A stretch of 63,225 bases of DNA from a virus. Taxonomy: Duplodnaviria > Caudoviricetes. Of the stretch, positions 19,343-28,951 are shown piece by piece. The stretch covers positions 1-63,225 of the IMG/VR virus record IMGVR_UViG_3300049167_000226; one strand, given 5' to 3'. The notes under the pieces are model-generated. The model was given only the letters and a program-made list of their open reading frames with translations, searched no databases and was not told where the DNA came from. Made by a program: the position numbers and the translations under genes. The stretch's first letter is position 1; each line of letters starts with the position of its first letter.

Positions 19343-19691
19343 CCGCCCTGATGGTGCGTATTGCTTCCGTTTCCGGTTCCGCGCCAGCCGTCGCTTGGAC
19401 GATCTCAGTTTTCAGCATGGCATAAAGCGTCCGAATTGCTTCTAGCTCCGAGGCCGTTTCGGTGGTCCAAGCGGGGATGCCGGCGGTAGCCGCGGACATA
19501 GCAAGACGTTCGGTCTGTGTCAGTTCCCGTAGGCCACGGCTGGAGTGGCCGGCGAGAGAAGGCGACATGCCGACCACTTCGCCCGCCGCTGAGACCTGCT
19601 TGGCGTTGTAGCCCATGGACTTCATCCACTGGCGGAAATCATTGCTGTCGTCTGTGTCGGCCACGAATGGCACCTCTACGTTCGCGGTCAT
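19218..19691 (-). CDS. Putative HTH regulator
   Basis: FRQWMKSMGYNAKQVSAAGEVVGMS. Confidence 0.6.
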   Translation of the reverse strand: MTANVEVPFVADTDDSNDFRQWMKSMGYNAKQVSAAGEVVGMSPSLAGHSSRGLRELTQTERLAMSAATAGIPAWTTETASELEAIRTLYAMLKTEIVQATAGAEPETEAIRTIRAVIRSEAHRLATEARADQTAEPEMDQAILALLRAAAKGTSGR

Positions 19692-19728
19692 TCACCCTGT
19701 CCTTATCTTGATCCACGATTCGATTGAA

Positions 19729-19763
19729 GGGTAGGGGCGCATCACGCGCCCCTACCCGCTTTT
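19729..19763. terminator. Likely terminator hairpin
   Basis: 12-bp perfect stem gggtaggggcgc/gcgcccctaccc followed by gctttt, overlapping the ParB-like stop. Confidence 0.6.
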
Positions 19764-21562
19764 GTCTTTCGAGGCTTTGCCGGCTTGGCGGAGGTTGGCG
19801 CCTTGTATGAGGATGTCCGAAGTGGTTCCGGCAGCCAGCCTGTCGCCTTCGCGGCGTCGGCTGCCAACTTTGCCATGTCCGCCTTCTTACCATCCTTCAG
19901 ATCCTGACCGCTCATTTCCTTGTATGCGGCCGCGATGATCGGCTTCTTAGAGTTGGCGAAGAAGCTGTCCGCGTCGAAATGCGTGAGCACGGAAACTCCG
20001 AAGGCATCAAGGGCGGCGCGGCGTAGCGCGCCACGCTTTTCGTCTGGAATGTAGCGGTGCTGAAACCACTCTTCAGTGACGTCGGCTGATCCGGCGACAA
20101 GTTTGGCGATCTCGATCTTGATCGTATCGCTATCCATCTCGGCGTACTGCTTGAAGACGGACGAGAACGTCGGCGGTGCATCGCCGGCATGAGAGCCGTA
20201 TCCAACCCGCTCGATGTGGATGCGGCAAGGCCGTTGAGTTCCGAGTGTCATGTCGTTGCCGAGTACGAGCGCCGTGGCGAGGAAGGCCAGCGCAAGGTCT
20301 GGTTTTTCGATCACCGCCTCCGCCAAGGCGGCCGTCGCAGCCTTGGCTAGCTCAGACATCACCGGCGCGGAGAGCTTAAGCGGATCTGCTTCCGGCTTTC
20401 CGGCTGAGCTGCTCGACGATGAGGTTCGGTTTCTGGGAACCTTCCCATATTCGATGCTGTAGTCGCGATCGGTACGAATGATGACGCCAGACGCTGCACG
20501 CTGAGCAGCGGAATGCCGCCCGTTCGCCAACTTTTCGAGTTCGCCGTATTCGGCATCTAGCCCTCGGAATCGCTCCTGCTCTTCTTCGGGCAGATCGTCG
20601 ATATCAACTTCATCGAACTCTTCGAGCGCTGACTGCAGCTCGTCAAAGCGTTCCTGCGCCTCGGCGGGAAGCCCGTTTTCTTCCGGCTGGAGACGGTCCA
20701 TATACCAGACGTCGTCGCCCAGTTCTTCAGCCGTCTTAACCCACGCCCAGCCGGCGTCGAGCATTTCCTTCGTGATCTCCTCGATGCGCTGTGCTTTAAG
20801 CTTCTCGACGATATCGCCACTAGTCCAGTAACTGTGATCTTCGAAAAGGTCATTGGTGATCTTCCCGCCGGCGATAATGTAGCGTGTCTCGCCGATAAAC
20901 TTCGCAACGGCCCCATTCGATTTCGTGCCGGTGCCGGCGATAGCCTCTTTGATGTAGGTTGAGGACGTCTTTTGCCAGCCGGGCAGGTTATTGTAGACTT
21001 CCATCTGCCGCTCAGGATCAGGCTCCAAGGTATAAGCCTTGGCCGTTTCAAAGCTGATTTCTTCCTTGTCGAGCATTTCCAGAAGAACAGGATGCAGTCT
21101 TCCCAAGGCCATGCGGCCCTGCACGAACCGGAGCGTCTGGCCGAAACGCAGTGCGATATCGTCAGCGGTCGCTCCTTGTTCGGCTAAGCGGGCGAACGCC
21201 TTAAACTCGTCCACCGGTCGCATGGCGCGGCGGAGGATGTTTTCGGCGAGGCTCATTTCCTCGGCCGCGGCGTCTACGGCGATCGTACGGAGAAGGGCCG
21301 GGATCGGGTAGGATGCCGGAAGCTTCCCTTCCGTGATCAGTTCGGATACGGCCTGGTGACGGCGGGCACCGGCGAACACACGATAGCGATCGCCTTCGAG
21401 ATCCGCATCATTCGCTTCCGGCGGCCGGACTGTGATCGCCTGAATGATGCCGTGCTCGAGGATGGACGCCTTCAAGGAGGCGAGCGAATCCTTGTCGCGC
21501 ATCCTGCGCGCGTTGCTGCGATCCAGCACGATTCGGTCGGCGGTGAGAGATAGCTGTTCCAT
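19742..21562 (-). CDS. Large ParB/RepB/Spo0J-family protein
   Basis: LKASILEHGIIQAITVR, VFAGARR, SLAENILR, HTH; start moved to MEQLSL. Confidence 0.9.
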   Translation of the reverse strand: MEQLSLTADRIVLDRSNARRMRDKDSLASLKASILEHGIIQAITVRPPEANDADLEGDRYRVFAGARRHQAVSELITEGKLPASYPIPALLRTIAVDAAAEEMSLAENILRRAMRPVDEFKAFARLAEQGATADDIALRFGQTLRFVQGRMALGRLHPVLLEMLDKEEISFETAKAYTLEPDPERQMEVYNNLPGWQKTSSTYIKEAIAGTGTKSNGAVAKFIGETRYIIAGGKITNDLFEDHSYWTSGDIVEKLKAQRIEEITKEMLDAGWAWVKTAEELGDDVWYMDRLQPEENGLPAEAQERFDELQSALEEFDEVDIDDLPEEEQERFRGLDAEYGELEKLANGRHSAAQRAASGVIIRTDRDYSIEYGKVPRNRTSSSSSSAGKPEADPLKLSAPVMSELAKAATAALAEAVIEKPDLALAFLATALVLGNDMTLGTQRPCRIHIERVGYGSHAGDAPPTFSSVFKQYAEMDSDTIKIEIAKLVAGSADVTEEWFQHRYIPDEKRGALRRAALDAFGVSVLTHFDADSFFANSKKPIIAAAYKEMSGQDLKDGKKADMAKLAADAAKATGWLPEPLRTSSYKAPTSAKPAKPRKTKAGRGA

Positions 21563-21642
21563 TGCGATAGAACCTCTTGAGTTGTGATTTCGGATAGCGG
21601 TGAAAGGAAGGCCGGCGCGCACGGCGCCGGCGAGCTGCTTGG

Positions 21643-22026
21643 TCACGCGGCATTGGCTACCTGCTGGCGGCCGAGCGACTTGACCAAGCCGCGCACGGAA
21701 AGCCGCACGTTCGGGTCGGTTATCGCCTCGAAGTCAGCAGCGAGCGTGATCGCCTCTCGACTCATTGCAGGCAGCACGTCGCCTTTGCCAGTTTCGGTGC
21801 CGTCGATACCGGCAAAGAGCACATCGATGCGGACAGCGAAGACTTCGGCCATCTTCACCAGCCGGCTTGCGCTCACGCGGTTGGTGCCCTTCTCGTATTT
21901 CTGGATTTGCTGGAACGTGATGCCGAGGGCATCGCCGAGTGTCTCCTGGCTCATGTTACGCAAGGCGCGCAGCCGGCGGATGTTGGCGCCGACCTGGATA
22001 TCGGCAGCTTCTGGTGCGTCTTTCAT
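21643..22026 (-). CDS. XRE-family HTH regulator
   Basis: MSQETLGDALGITFQQIQKYEKGTNRVSASRL. Confidence 0.92.
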   Translation of the reverse strand: MKDAPEAADIQVGANIRRLRALRNMSQETLGDALGITFQQIQKYEKGTNRVSASRLVKMAEVFAVRIDVLFAGIDGTETGKGDVLPAMSREAITLAADFEAITDPNVRLSVRGLVKSLGRQQVANAA

Positions 22027-22043
22027 TCTGTTCTCCTGAAATG

Positions 22044-22066
22044 AAAAAGGCCGCGTCGGGCGGCCT
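22044..22066 (-). terminator. Rho-independent terminator
   Basis: ggccgc-ccgac-gcggcc followed by TTTTT on minus strand. Confidence 0.55.
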
Positions 22067-22102
22067 GCAGGTTGATTAATGGAAGCTAGTGGATGGTAGT
22101 GG

Positions 22103-23281
22103 TTATGTGCGGCTGGGCATCAGCACGCCGGTCCACCCGCCGATCGAGCCGGAGACAAGGGCCGGCGAGATGGCATCAGCCATGCGGATCCTCATATTGC
22201 GACCATCGGGGCTGGCCGCTTCGATGGCAGAGCGGAGGCTGCGAGCGGCGAAAGCGATTTCCAAAGGATCTCCCGTGTAATCGCACTCAATCTGGGTGGC
22301 GCCGGTGCCGATATCGCCACTGGCCAGCACCGCTACCGCGGCGGGGGAGAACGTGAGGTGGATGGTCCCTGCGCCGGTGCATTCGACGAGTGATGCAACA
22401 GCCCCGGCGAGCGTGCTCCCGGCTACCGTCGCCACTTTGTCCGGCTCAGCAGGAATGACACGCTGGTAGTCGGGGAACGTACCGTCCAGCAGCTTCACCG
22501 TAACGGCGACATCGCGGAAGACGAAGACGGCGACCGTCGACGAGATTTCAACCTTGACCAGGTCAGCACCAGCATGACCGTCCAGCAGCGACGCCACGAA
22601 CTTCGCACCTTCTGTGGGGAGGATCACGTTCAGTTCCGCCTTGCCAGCCTGAGCGTTGGTATCCTGGATGTACAAACGGTGCCCATCCGTGGCGACGAAA
22701 CGCAGGCGGCCGTTGTGATTGTGGATGTTGATGCCATTCAAGTAGGGGCGGGTCTCGTCCGTCGAGACCGCGTCGACGGTACCGTCGATCGCGTTCCAGA
22801 GCACCGCACTTGCGATCGAGAACCGGTGTACCTTTGCACCATCCTCGTGTCGGATGGGCTGAGGGAAATCGTCGCTCGGCATCGCATCGAGGACAAACCT
22901 GGTACCGGATAGCTGGATCGCGCACTTGTTGGCGACAATCCGCTCCCCTTGGGTCTCGACATCATCAGCCAGCAGCTCGAGTATCGCGGTTCCGCTCGGG
23001 GTTCCCTTCTTCATAAGCTTGAGAAGCGTTGCGGCCGGAAGGGCCGTCGAGAAACGGGCATCGACGTCCGCAGCGATCGCTGTCTCGGCCTGAATGTCGA
23101 TGTTGGTTGCCGTAATGGCGATTCCACCCGGCTCCGATGCCATGCGAATGTGATTGAGGATGGGCAGCGGCTGTCTGCCGCCGCAGAGCTTGGCGAGCAA
23201 TGCCACGCATTCGGTGAGCTCGGCGCGATCGACCAAGGCGGACGGATTCTCGGGGACAAAGAGTTGAACGACGTTCTGCAT
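22103..23281 (-). CDS. dnaN: DNA polymerase III beta sliding clamp
   Basis: PILNHI, ATNIDI, STDETRPYLNGI, VATDGHRL, LLDGTFPDYQRVIP, VLMPSR. Confidence 0.93.
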   Translation of the reverse strand: MQNVVQLFVPENPSALVDRAELTECVALLAKLCGGRQPLPILNHIRMASEPGGIAITATNIDIQAETAIAADVDARFSTALPAATLLKLMKKGTPSGTAILELLADDVETQGERIVANKCAIQLSGTRFVLDAMPSDDFPQPIRHEDGAKVHRFSIASAVLWNAIDGTVDAVSTDETRPYLNGINIHNHNGRLRFVATDGHRLYIQDTNAQAGKAELNVILPTEGAKFVASLLDGHAGADLVKVEISSTVAVFVFRDVAVTVKLLDGTFPDYQRVIPAEPDKVATVAGSTLAGAVASLVECTGAGTIHLTFSPAAVAVLASGDIGTGATQIECDYTGDPLEIAFAARSLRSAIEAASPDGRNMRIRMADAISPALVSGSIGGWTGVLMPSRT

Positions 23282-23306
23282 GCCTGTTTCTCCTGATGTT
23301 AGGCAC

Positions 23307-23328
23307 AAAAAAACCGCCTCTCGGCGGG
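23307..23328 (-). terminator. Rho-independent terminator
   Basis: ccgcc-gaga-ggcgg followed by T7 on minus strand. Confidence 0.65.
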
Positions 23329-23337
23329 GGTGATCGG

Positions 23338-24150
23338 TCACAGACCGAAGTCGAACAGCGATGGCCCAGCAGGTTCCTTGACCTGGGGCCGTCGCTTGGT
23401 CACCGCGCGAGGCGGTGGCTGTGGCGGAATTGGTTGAGTAGGCGGCGGCGGGGCCGCTGCAGCGTCCGCAGCGCGATCCGCGGCCAGGCGACCAGACCAG
23501 AATCCCATGACGTGGGCCGGCGTGTACCAATCCTCTCGGAATTCCAGCCGTAGCGTATCGCCGACGATCACGTGGGCTGGGATATGCATCAGCGAGAACT
23601 GGACATAGGCCATGTGAACGGCCCGAGGGTCGATATCAATCGCAGTCACATGTAGATGCTGCTGATAGTTGATGCCAAGATCCTTGATCGCCTCGGCCAG
23701 GGCGATGACCGTTGCACCGGCGCCGACGGCCGGTTCCTGGGCGGTGACATAACCGTGCTTGCCGAGAGTGGCTTGCAGTTCCTCGGCGCTGCCGATCGTC
23801 ATCTTCGCCATCATCCTGCAGAGCTCATAGGGTGTGAAGAACTGGCCGCGTGCTGTGTTGTGCAGCTCGAGTTCGTGGAAGGTGGCTCCAAGGATATCCT
23901 GTGGTCCGCTTTCCAGCGCCATGACGACTTCGCCGAGGATCTTCGGGAAAGTGCCGACGACGTCACGCTCATAGCGCCCGATGATCTCCATGTAGCGGGA
24001 TTCCCGTTTCTCCCGCTGCCGAATATCCATTGCATTGCTGAGGGAGATGGCGGCGCATTCGCACCAATCGGAGAACACGGTGTAAAGATCGTGCCGGTAT
24101 CGGCAGGACTCGAATAGCTTTACGATGCTCTTCAGGTGACGGGTGCTCAT
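23338..24150 (-). CDS. HsdM/N-6 DNA methylase-like protein lacking the NPPY/F catalytic motif
   Basis: GQFFTP, EPAVGAG, AIDID, GDTL present; no NPP motif before the Pro-rich tail. Confidence 0.85.
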   Translation of the reverse strand: MSTRHLKSIVKLFESCRYRHDLYTVFSDWCECAAISLSNAMDIRQREKRESRYMEIIGRYERDVVGTFPKILGEVVMALESGPQDILGATFHELELHNTARGQFFTPYELCRMMAKMTIGSAEELQATLGKHGYVTAQEPAVGAGATVIALAEAIKDLGINYQQHLHVTAIDIDPRAVHMAYVQFSLMHIPAHVIVGDTLRLEFREDWYTPAHVMGFWSGRLAADRAADAAAAPPPPTQPIPPQPPPRAVTKRRPQVKEPAGPSLFDFGL

Positions 24151-25214
24151 TGGCCCGCACCTTTCCGACGCTTCAGCTCCAGGAGCTCGGCGTAGCGCGC
24201 GTGGATGTCATCCACATGGATGAAACTCGGATCGAGCTGATAGAGATCGATGATGGCCCGGCGTACGGTAACAAGCGTCGTCGCCTCGGCATCCGTCAGC
24301 ATGCGGGTAGGCCAGCCTTTGACGTAGAGCATAGGCTTCGTGAGCATGCCTTCGAATTGCCGACGTAAAAGAGCGCGTTCTTTGCCGAGGCGGAAACGGG
24401 CGGTAAGATCGGCCGGAAGAAGATGGGGGGCGACGTCGCCCAGCCATCTGGCGCCCTGAAAGGCAAAACCACTGTCCGCCTCAAGCCCAACCATACGACG
24501 ATAGATATCGTGCGCTTCTTTCTGGACAGTGGCGGCGATCATGTCGGCTATGCTCTGCATGATGCAGAAGCGACACGAGACTCGGCTCATACCAAAGACG
24601 CGATAAGCGGGGTGAGGATGAAGCCCACTACTATCGATCATCATGAAGACATCGTCGACAGTCAGGTCGATGATCGGGCGCCAGTTCCAGATCCTACCCG
24701 TGCTTTCCAGGTCGGCGATGGGCATGCGTGCTCGGTTGCTGCTCTCTTCACGCCGCACGCCCGTGACGTTGATGATCTGGTGCCCTTTGAACCGGCGCTT
24801 CAACTCGGCCATGATGACGTGCGTCTTTTGCTCTGAGGTGCAGAAGCGCATGTCCGGTGTCGACCAGCAGGGAACAAGCGTGACGGTGCTCAGCATCTCG
24901 TAGCGGGTTTTGCTGGAAAGCCAGCGGCTTTCCCACCGCTCCATGAGGCCGCCACCATTCCGGCTGACCATGACGAGATCGCACTCGAGATGGTCGGCCA
25001 AATCCCGGCAGACCCGGCCACTGTCGTCCCATTCAACGGAACCCAGGTCAGCGTGGACAAGAATGCGGGGTCCGGTGTGGCCGATGGCGTTGAGGTGGCG
25101 GAAGGTCGCGAGAGCTGCCGCTTGACTGTCCTTGCCGCCCGATACGCCGACGGCCACGGGAGCGCCTTCGCGGAGGAGGGCATCCACCGCGTCGTGCGTC
25201 GCAATGTGGGGCAA
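24147..25214 (-). CDS. PAPS reductase-family (PP-loop, probable Fe-S) protein
   Basis: VSGGKDS, RFCTSEQK, GVRREESSNR, SRVSCRFC; TTG start after GGAG. Confidence 0.9.
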   Translation of the reverse strand: MPHIATHDAVDALLREGAPVAVGVSGGKDSQAAALATFRHLNAIGHTGPRILVHADLGSVEWDDSGRVCRDLADHLECDLVMVSRNGGGLMERWESRWLSSKTRYEMLSTVTLVPCWSTPDMRFCTSEQKTHVIMAELKRRFKGHQIINVTGVRREESSNRARMPIADLESTGRIWNWRPIIDLTVDDVFMMIDSSGLHPHPAYRVFGMSRVSCRFCIMQSIADMIAATVQKEAHDIYRRMVGLEADSGFAFQGARWLGDVAPHLLPADLTARFRLGKERALLRRQFEGMLTKPMLYVKGWPTRMLTDAEATTLVTVRRAIIDLYQLDPSFIHVDDIHARYAELLELKRRKGAGQ

Positions 25215-25216
25215 AA

Positions 25217-26044
25217 CTATTCTCCGGCTATGAGGAGGATGAATGAGACCTTGTCGACCTTGCGCAGGTCGACCTGATCGATGTTGTCGAGGATCCACTG
25301 TCGTAGATCTGCAGGCTTGATGTCCCAGGAACTGCCACCCTGCTGCGCGCGACGCTTGTCGTCTCGCTTCGTCGCCGGCAGATCGCCGGAGAAAACCAAG
25401 CGCGTGATGGTCTTGCCATCCACGCCGAGAATGCTTGCTGCTTTCGTGGCGGACAGCTCCTCTCGTGCGTCCCGGCGCGACAGGCTCAGGCGTTTAGCCC
25501 TAACCACGATCGCGGTTGGCGACCGGCTGAAGCCGTGCTCGCGGAACATCTGCGCCGCCTTGTCCGGCATGTGCAGTGGGGCTTTCTGCATCAGCGCGTC
25601 CTCTGCAGGCGTCCACGGCGGCTCTTTCTTGTGGCGAATGCTCAAGCCGAGAGCCAGCACCCGATCCGACAGCCACCAGCGCGGGACGCCAAGACGCTCG
25701 GCCAGCTCCCGGACCTCGCCCCTCTTCCTTCCGCTGAGTTGAGCCCATTCCTCGCGGATTCGCTCGTCCATCTCCGGTGATGCTTCGAACTTGCCCCGGT
25801 GCGGCGATTGAGCCGTGGAGGTGATGCCCATGGTCCGCGCCCGATTGTAGACGCCGGCGGGTGTGCGGTGAGGCGGCAACCGGGTGAGGCAAGCCGCCGC
25901 GCCACCGGTCGGGAAATACTCGCGGATAATAGCCTTCTCTTCCTCCGTCCAGAACCGGGCATCGTGCTTGCCCGGAATGCGCGGCGCCGATATGCGCGGA
26001 TCGTGTCCGCGCTGCTTGCTGAAGGATACGGGCTTCAGGCTCAT
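25217..26044 (-). CDS. Multi-HTH protein (Myb-like repeats + excisionase-like HTH)
   Basis: FWTEEEKAII and PWTPAEDALM repeats; LSATKAASILGV...GDLPA. Confidence 0.7.
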   Translation of the reverse strand: MSLKPVSFSKQRGHDPRISAPRIPGKHDARFWTEEEKAIIREYFPTGGAAACLTRLPPHRTPAGVYNRARTMGITSTAQSPHRGKFEASPEMDERIREEWAQLSGRKRGEVRELAERLGVPRWWLSDRVLALGLSIRHKKEPPWTPAEDALMQKAPLHMPDKAAQMFREHGFSRSPTAIVVRAKRLSLSRRDAREELSATKAASILGVDGKTITRLVFSGDLPATKRDDKRRAQQGGSSWDIKPADLRQWILDNIDQVDLRKVDKVSFILLIAGE

Positions 26045-27339
26045 GCGTTCATTCCCTTTCCAAGTCGGACAGCCCGGCCTTCGCCCAAGTCGCTGATCTC
26101 GATGGCTCCATAGCTGTCGAGCAGTGCGAGGGCGGCAGACACACGGCTGACGTCGATCGAGAGATAGTCGGCTAGGTCGGCGACTGCGGCGCCCTGCGGG
26201 GCGAGCGGCTTCAGGACCTCCCAGATACGGCCGGCATCTGCGAAAGCTGGTTCGCGGATGAACGCCCTGATGGACCGATACGCCGGCGGAATGATGGACT
26301 CCGAGCGGATTTCCTCGTCGCCGGCCGTTGCCGCATGCAACTGGTCGAGATCGAGAAGAGAAGCGGCGCCAGCGGCGTCGATCGCTGTCGGCGCTACGAT
26401 CTCCGGACGAGCGCCGATGTGTTTCGTCGCCACCATTCCGATGTGGAGCGTGGCTGGTGCCTGCGAGAAGGCAGGTCCGGACGCAACGAAATCGCCCGGC
26501 TGCAGCATCGGCAGGCGATCGAACCCCTTGCTTGCATCCCAGCCGATCGTCTCGGCCGCGCGGCGGATGTCGATGTCGAGGGTGTTGAGGCCGATCAGGA
26601 AGTTGAGGATCTCGGCGGAGACGGATTTTGCCAGCTTCGCAATACGCTGCGTGGCAAGGACACCGGCGAGGCCGCGCTTGCGGCCGCGGCTCATCAGGTC
26701 GGTGATCGTCTGCGTTGCTGCCTGCCGGACAGATGTTGCCGCCAGACCGCCGCCGCCGAACGGTGCGAACAGGTGTGCCTCGTCGATGACGATCAGGGCA
26801 GGGTGCCAGTTCTCACGAGGCGCTGAGATGAGGGCACCGACGAAGGCTGTCACCGCCTGCATCTGCGATTCTCGGTCGAGCTGCGACAGATCAAGCAGGA
26901 CGGACAGCCGATGCTCACGGACTCGGCCGGCGGCGACCGCCAAGGCGGCGGCATCGAGCCTGGTGCCATCGAGGATCGGGAAATCGAAGTGTGAGGCAAG
27001 GGAGCCGAACTCGCCCTCAGGGTCGATAATGATCTGTTGGACGAGGCCGTGCGTCTGCTCAAGGATTCGGCGCAGCGTCCAGCTCTTCCCCGCGCCCGAC
27101 GTGCCCTGGACAAGCAAGCGGCCATCGAGCAGCTTTTCAGTGTCAATGTAGATCGACCTTCCGAACTCCGATCGACCGAGATCGATGCCGCCGGCGGGCG
27201 GTTGCTCGATCGGCGTCGGCTTGGCAGAGATTGCGGTCCCCATCTCGGCAGCCAGCGCTTTCGCCAGCCTCTGTTGCACCGGCGGCATGCGCTTGAGCTC
27301 ATCGGTTGATAACATGACTTTCCCGAATGTCATGGCCAT
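26041..27339 (-). CDS. HerA/DUF87-like P-loop ATPase with C-terminal winged helix
   Basis: GTSGAGKS, IIDPEGEF, IVIDEAH, RGRKRG, ATQR. Confidence 0.9.
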   Translation of the reverse strand: MAMTFGKVMLSTDELKRMPPVQQRLAKALAAEMGTAISAKPTPIEQPPAGGIDLGRSEFGRSIYIDTEKLLDGRLLVQGTSGAGKSWTLRRILEQTHGLVQQIIIDPEGEFGSLASHFDFPILDGTRLDAAALAVAAGRVREHRLSVLLDLSQLDRESQMQAVTAFVGALISAPRENWHPALIVIDEAHLFAPFGGGGLAATSVRQAATQTITDLMSRGRKRGLAGVLATQRIAKLAKSVSAEILNFLIGLNTLDIDIRRAAETIGWDASKGFDRLPMLQPGDFVASGPAFSQAPATLHIGMVATKHIGARPEIVAPTAIDAAGAASLLDLDQLHAATAGDEEIRSESIIPPAYRSIRAFIREPAFADAGRIWEVLKPLAPQGAAVADLADYLSIDVSRVSAALALLDSYGAIEISDLGEGRAVRLGKGMNA

Positions 27340-27626
27340 CTCTCCATTGTTGAAATTGCTTGCTTGGTGCGGTCGACTGCAGTGTCCACCGGCTTGATGT
27401 AGTCGGGAACTCCCGAGAACTTACGGTTCGCAAGCTCTTCGTCGAGCAGTTTGAGGTTAATGCGAAGGGTCGCGAGAACCTCGTCGCGGATCTGGACGAA
27501 GGCGGCGACGGTCACCGCATCCTCCTCATTCGAGAATTTCGCCACCGGGTGCTTGTGGTCGGGTTTGCCGTTGCGCTCGCCAACCAGACTTCGGCCGAAC
27601 CGAAGCCAGGGGAAGGGCGTCTTCAT
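27330..27626 (-). CDS. Hypothetical protein
   Basis: AAGGAG RBS; overlaps ATPase start. Confidence 0.6.
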   Translation of the reverse strand: MKTPFPWLRFGRSLVGERNGKPDHKHPVAKFSNEEDAVTVAAFVQIRDEVLATLRINLKLLDEELANRKFSGVPDYIKPVDTAVDRTKQAISTMERWP

Positions 27627-27733
27627 GTTTGCTCCTTAAATGAGTTGGTTGCAGTCGCCGGCTTGCCTAACGTTGTGCGAATCTCAGTTTCCGATAAATT
27701 GCCTCAGCACAGGGGCCAGCTTAGTCAGGACGA

Positions 27734-28951
27734 TTGATGGAAAAATTGAGAGTGGGAACGGTTGGTCTGTTTGACGTGGGCCCATTCACGGACCTGACGA
27801 TTGAATTTCCTAAGGACGCTGGTCTCAGCCTAATCTGCGGTGATAACGGAATAGGAAAAACCTCCATTCTTGAGGCCATTGCTGCTGTTTTCTCTCGAGG
27901 TCAGCTGACGAGGTTGAAGCGCCGTCAAGGCGCGGTCTCTGGCCGGGTAAACTTAGAATACGAGCTTCACGACAGGCTGGAGACAGCCGAGATCACGCTA
28001 AAGGCTTTTGAGCCAGATCAGTCGGATCACATGAACGTCCAAATTCCTGAAGCCGCCGCAAGGGTTATCAATGTCAGAGCAGCACGTGATTTCGTTTATC
28101 AACGTCAAGATGCTATCTCCCGTGACCCTACACTTATGGAGAGGCAGGTGGGTGACAGGGTCATGACTGGCCTAGTTGCTACAGAGATCAAATCCTGGTT
28201 CTCGAACCGATTTCTACTAAGTCCGCATTCAGAGACGAGCGGTTGGACTGACGAGATGCTGCAAAATCTCGACGCGGCGGTTTCTTACTTCTCAATACTT
28301 GATCCGAGTGTGAAGCTTGATCGGGTTGACGTTAGGACATTTGACATAATTGTCTCAACTCCGAGTGGTCCGATCCCGTTCGAGTACCTGTCGTCAGGAT
28401 TTCGCTCTGCGTACATTTTGCTTTTGGGGATCATTAAAGAGATTGAATTCCGTGGATTAGGCGTAGCCGCAACGGATTTCGCAGGCGTGATCTTAATCGA
28501 TGAGATTGATCTTCACCTGCACCCTGTCTGGCAGCGAGAGATCGGAACTGCTTTGAAGAAGGCGTTCCCAAGCGCGCAGATAATAGCGACGACCCATAGT
28601 CCCCATGTCATTCAGGCTGCTCAAGCGTCGGAGGTAGTTGCACTTATACGTGAGCCTGGCGGCGGCGTACGACCACGGCCGGTGCCGTCGAGTAAGTACG
28701 GGTACGCCGGCTGGACACTTGAGGAGGTTCTTGAGGACATTATGGGGGTAGAAGATACTAAAACTCCAGTCTTCAGGCAGGCCATGCAAAATTTTGACGA
28801 CGCAATCGACCGAGAGGACGCGGACGTCGTGATCGCGTCAATTGAAGTTCTTCGAGAAATGCTACACCCTAATAGTTCTACCCGGAAACTGTTAGAAATT
28901 CAGGCTGCGCCGTATCTTGGAGCGGTTTCCTCCAATGGGGACGACCGGTGA
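27734..28951 (+). CDS. ptuA: Septu-type ABC/AAA ATPase (PtuA-like)
   Basis: GDNGIGKT, LSSG, ILIDEIDLHLHP.WQR, TTHSPHVI; AT-richer codon usage. Confidence 0.85.
   Translation: MMEKLRVGTVGLFDVGPFTDLTIEFPKDAGLSLICGDNGIGKTSILEAIAAVFSRGQLTRLKRRQGAVSGRVNLEYELHDRLETAEITLKAFEPDQSDHMNVQIPEAAARVINVRAARDFVYQRQDAISRDPTLMERQVGDRVMTGLVATEIKSWFSNRFLLSPHSETSGWTDEMLQNLDAAVSYFSILDPSVKLDRVDVRTFDIIVSTPSGPIPFEYLSSGFRSAYILLLGIIKEIEFRGLGVAATDFAGVILIDEIDLHLHPVWQREIGTALKKAFPSAQIIATTHSPHVIQAAQASEVVALIREPGGGVRPRPVPSSKYGYAGWTLEEVLEDIMGVEDTKTPVFRQAMQNFDDAIDREDADVVIASIEVLREMLHPNSSTRKLLEIQAAPYLGAVSSNGDDR

Noticed and set aside
24147-25214. Complete Dnd/Ssp phosphorothioation system, or metabolic cysH
   Set aside because: No dndA/D/E, sspB/C or other sulfur assimilation genes recognised
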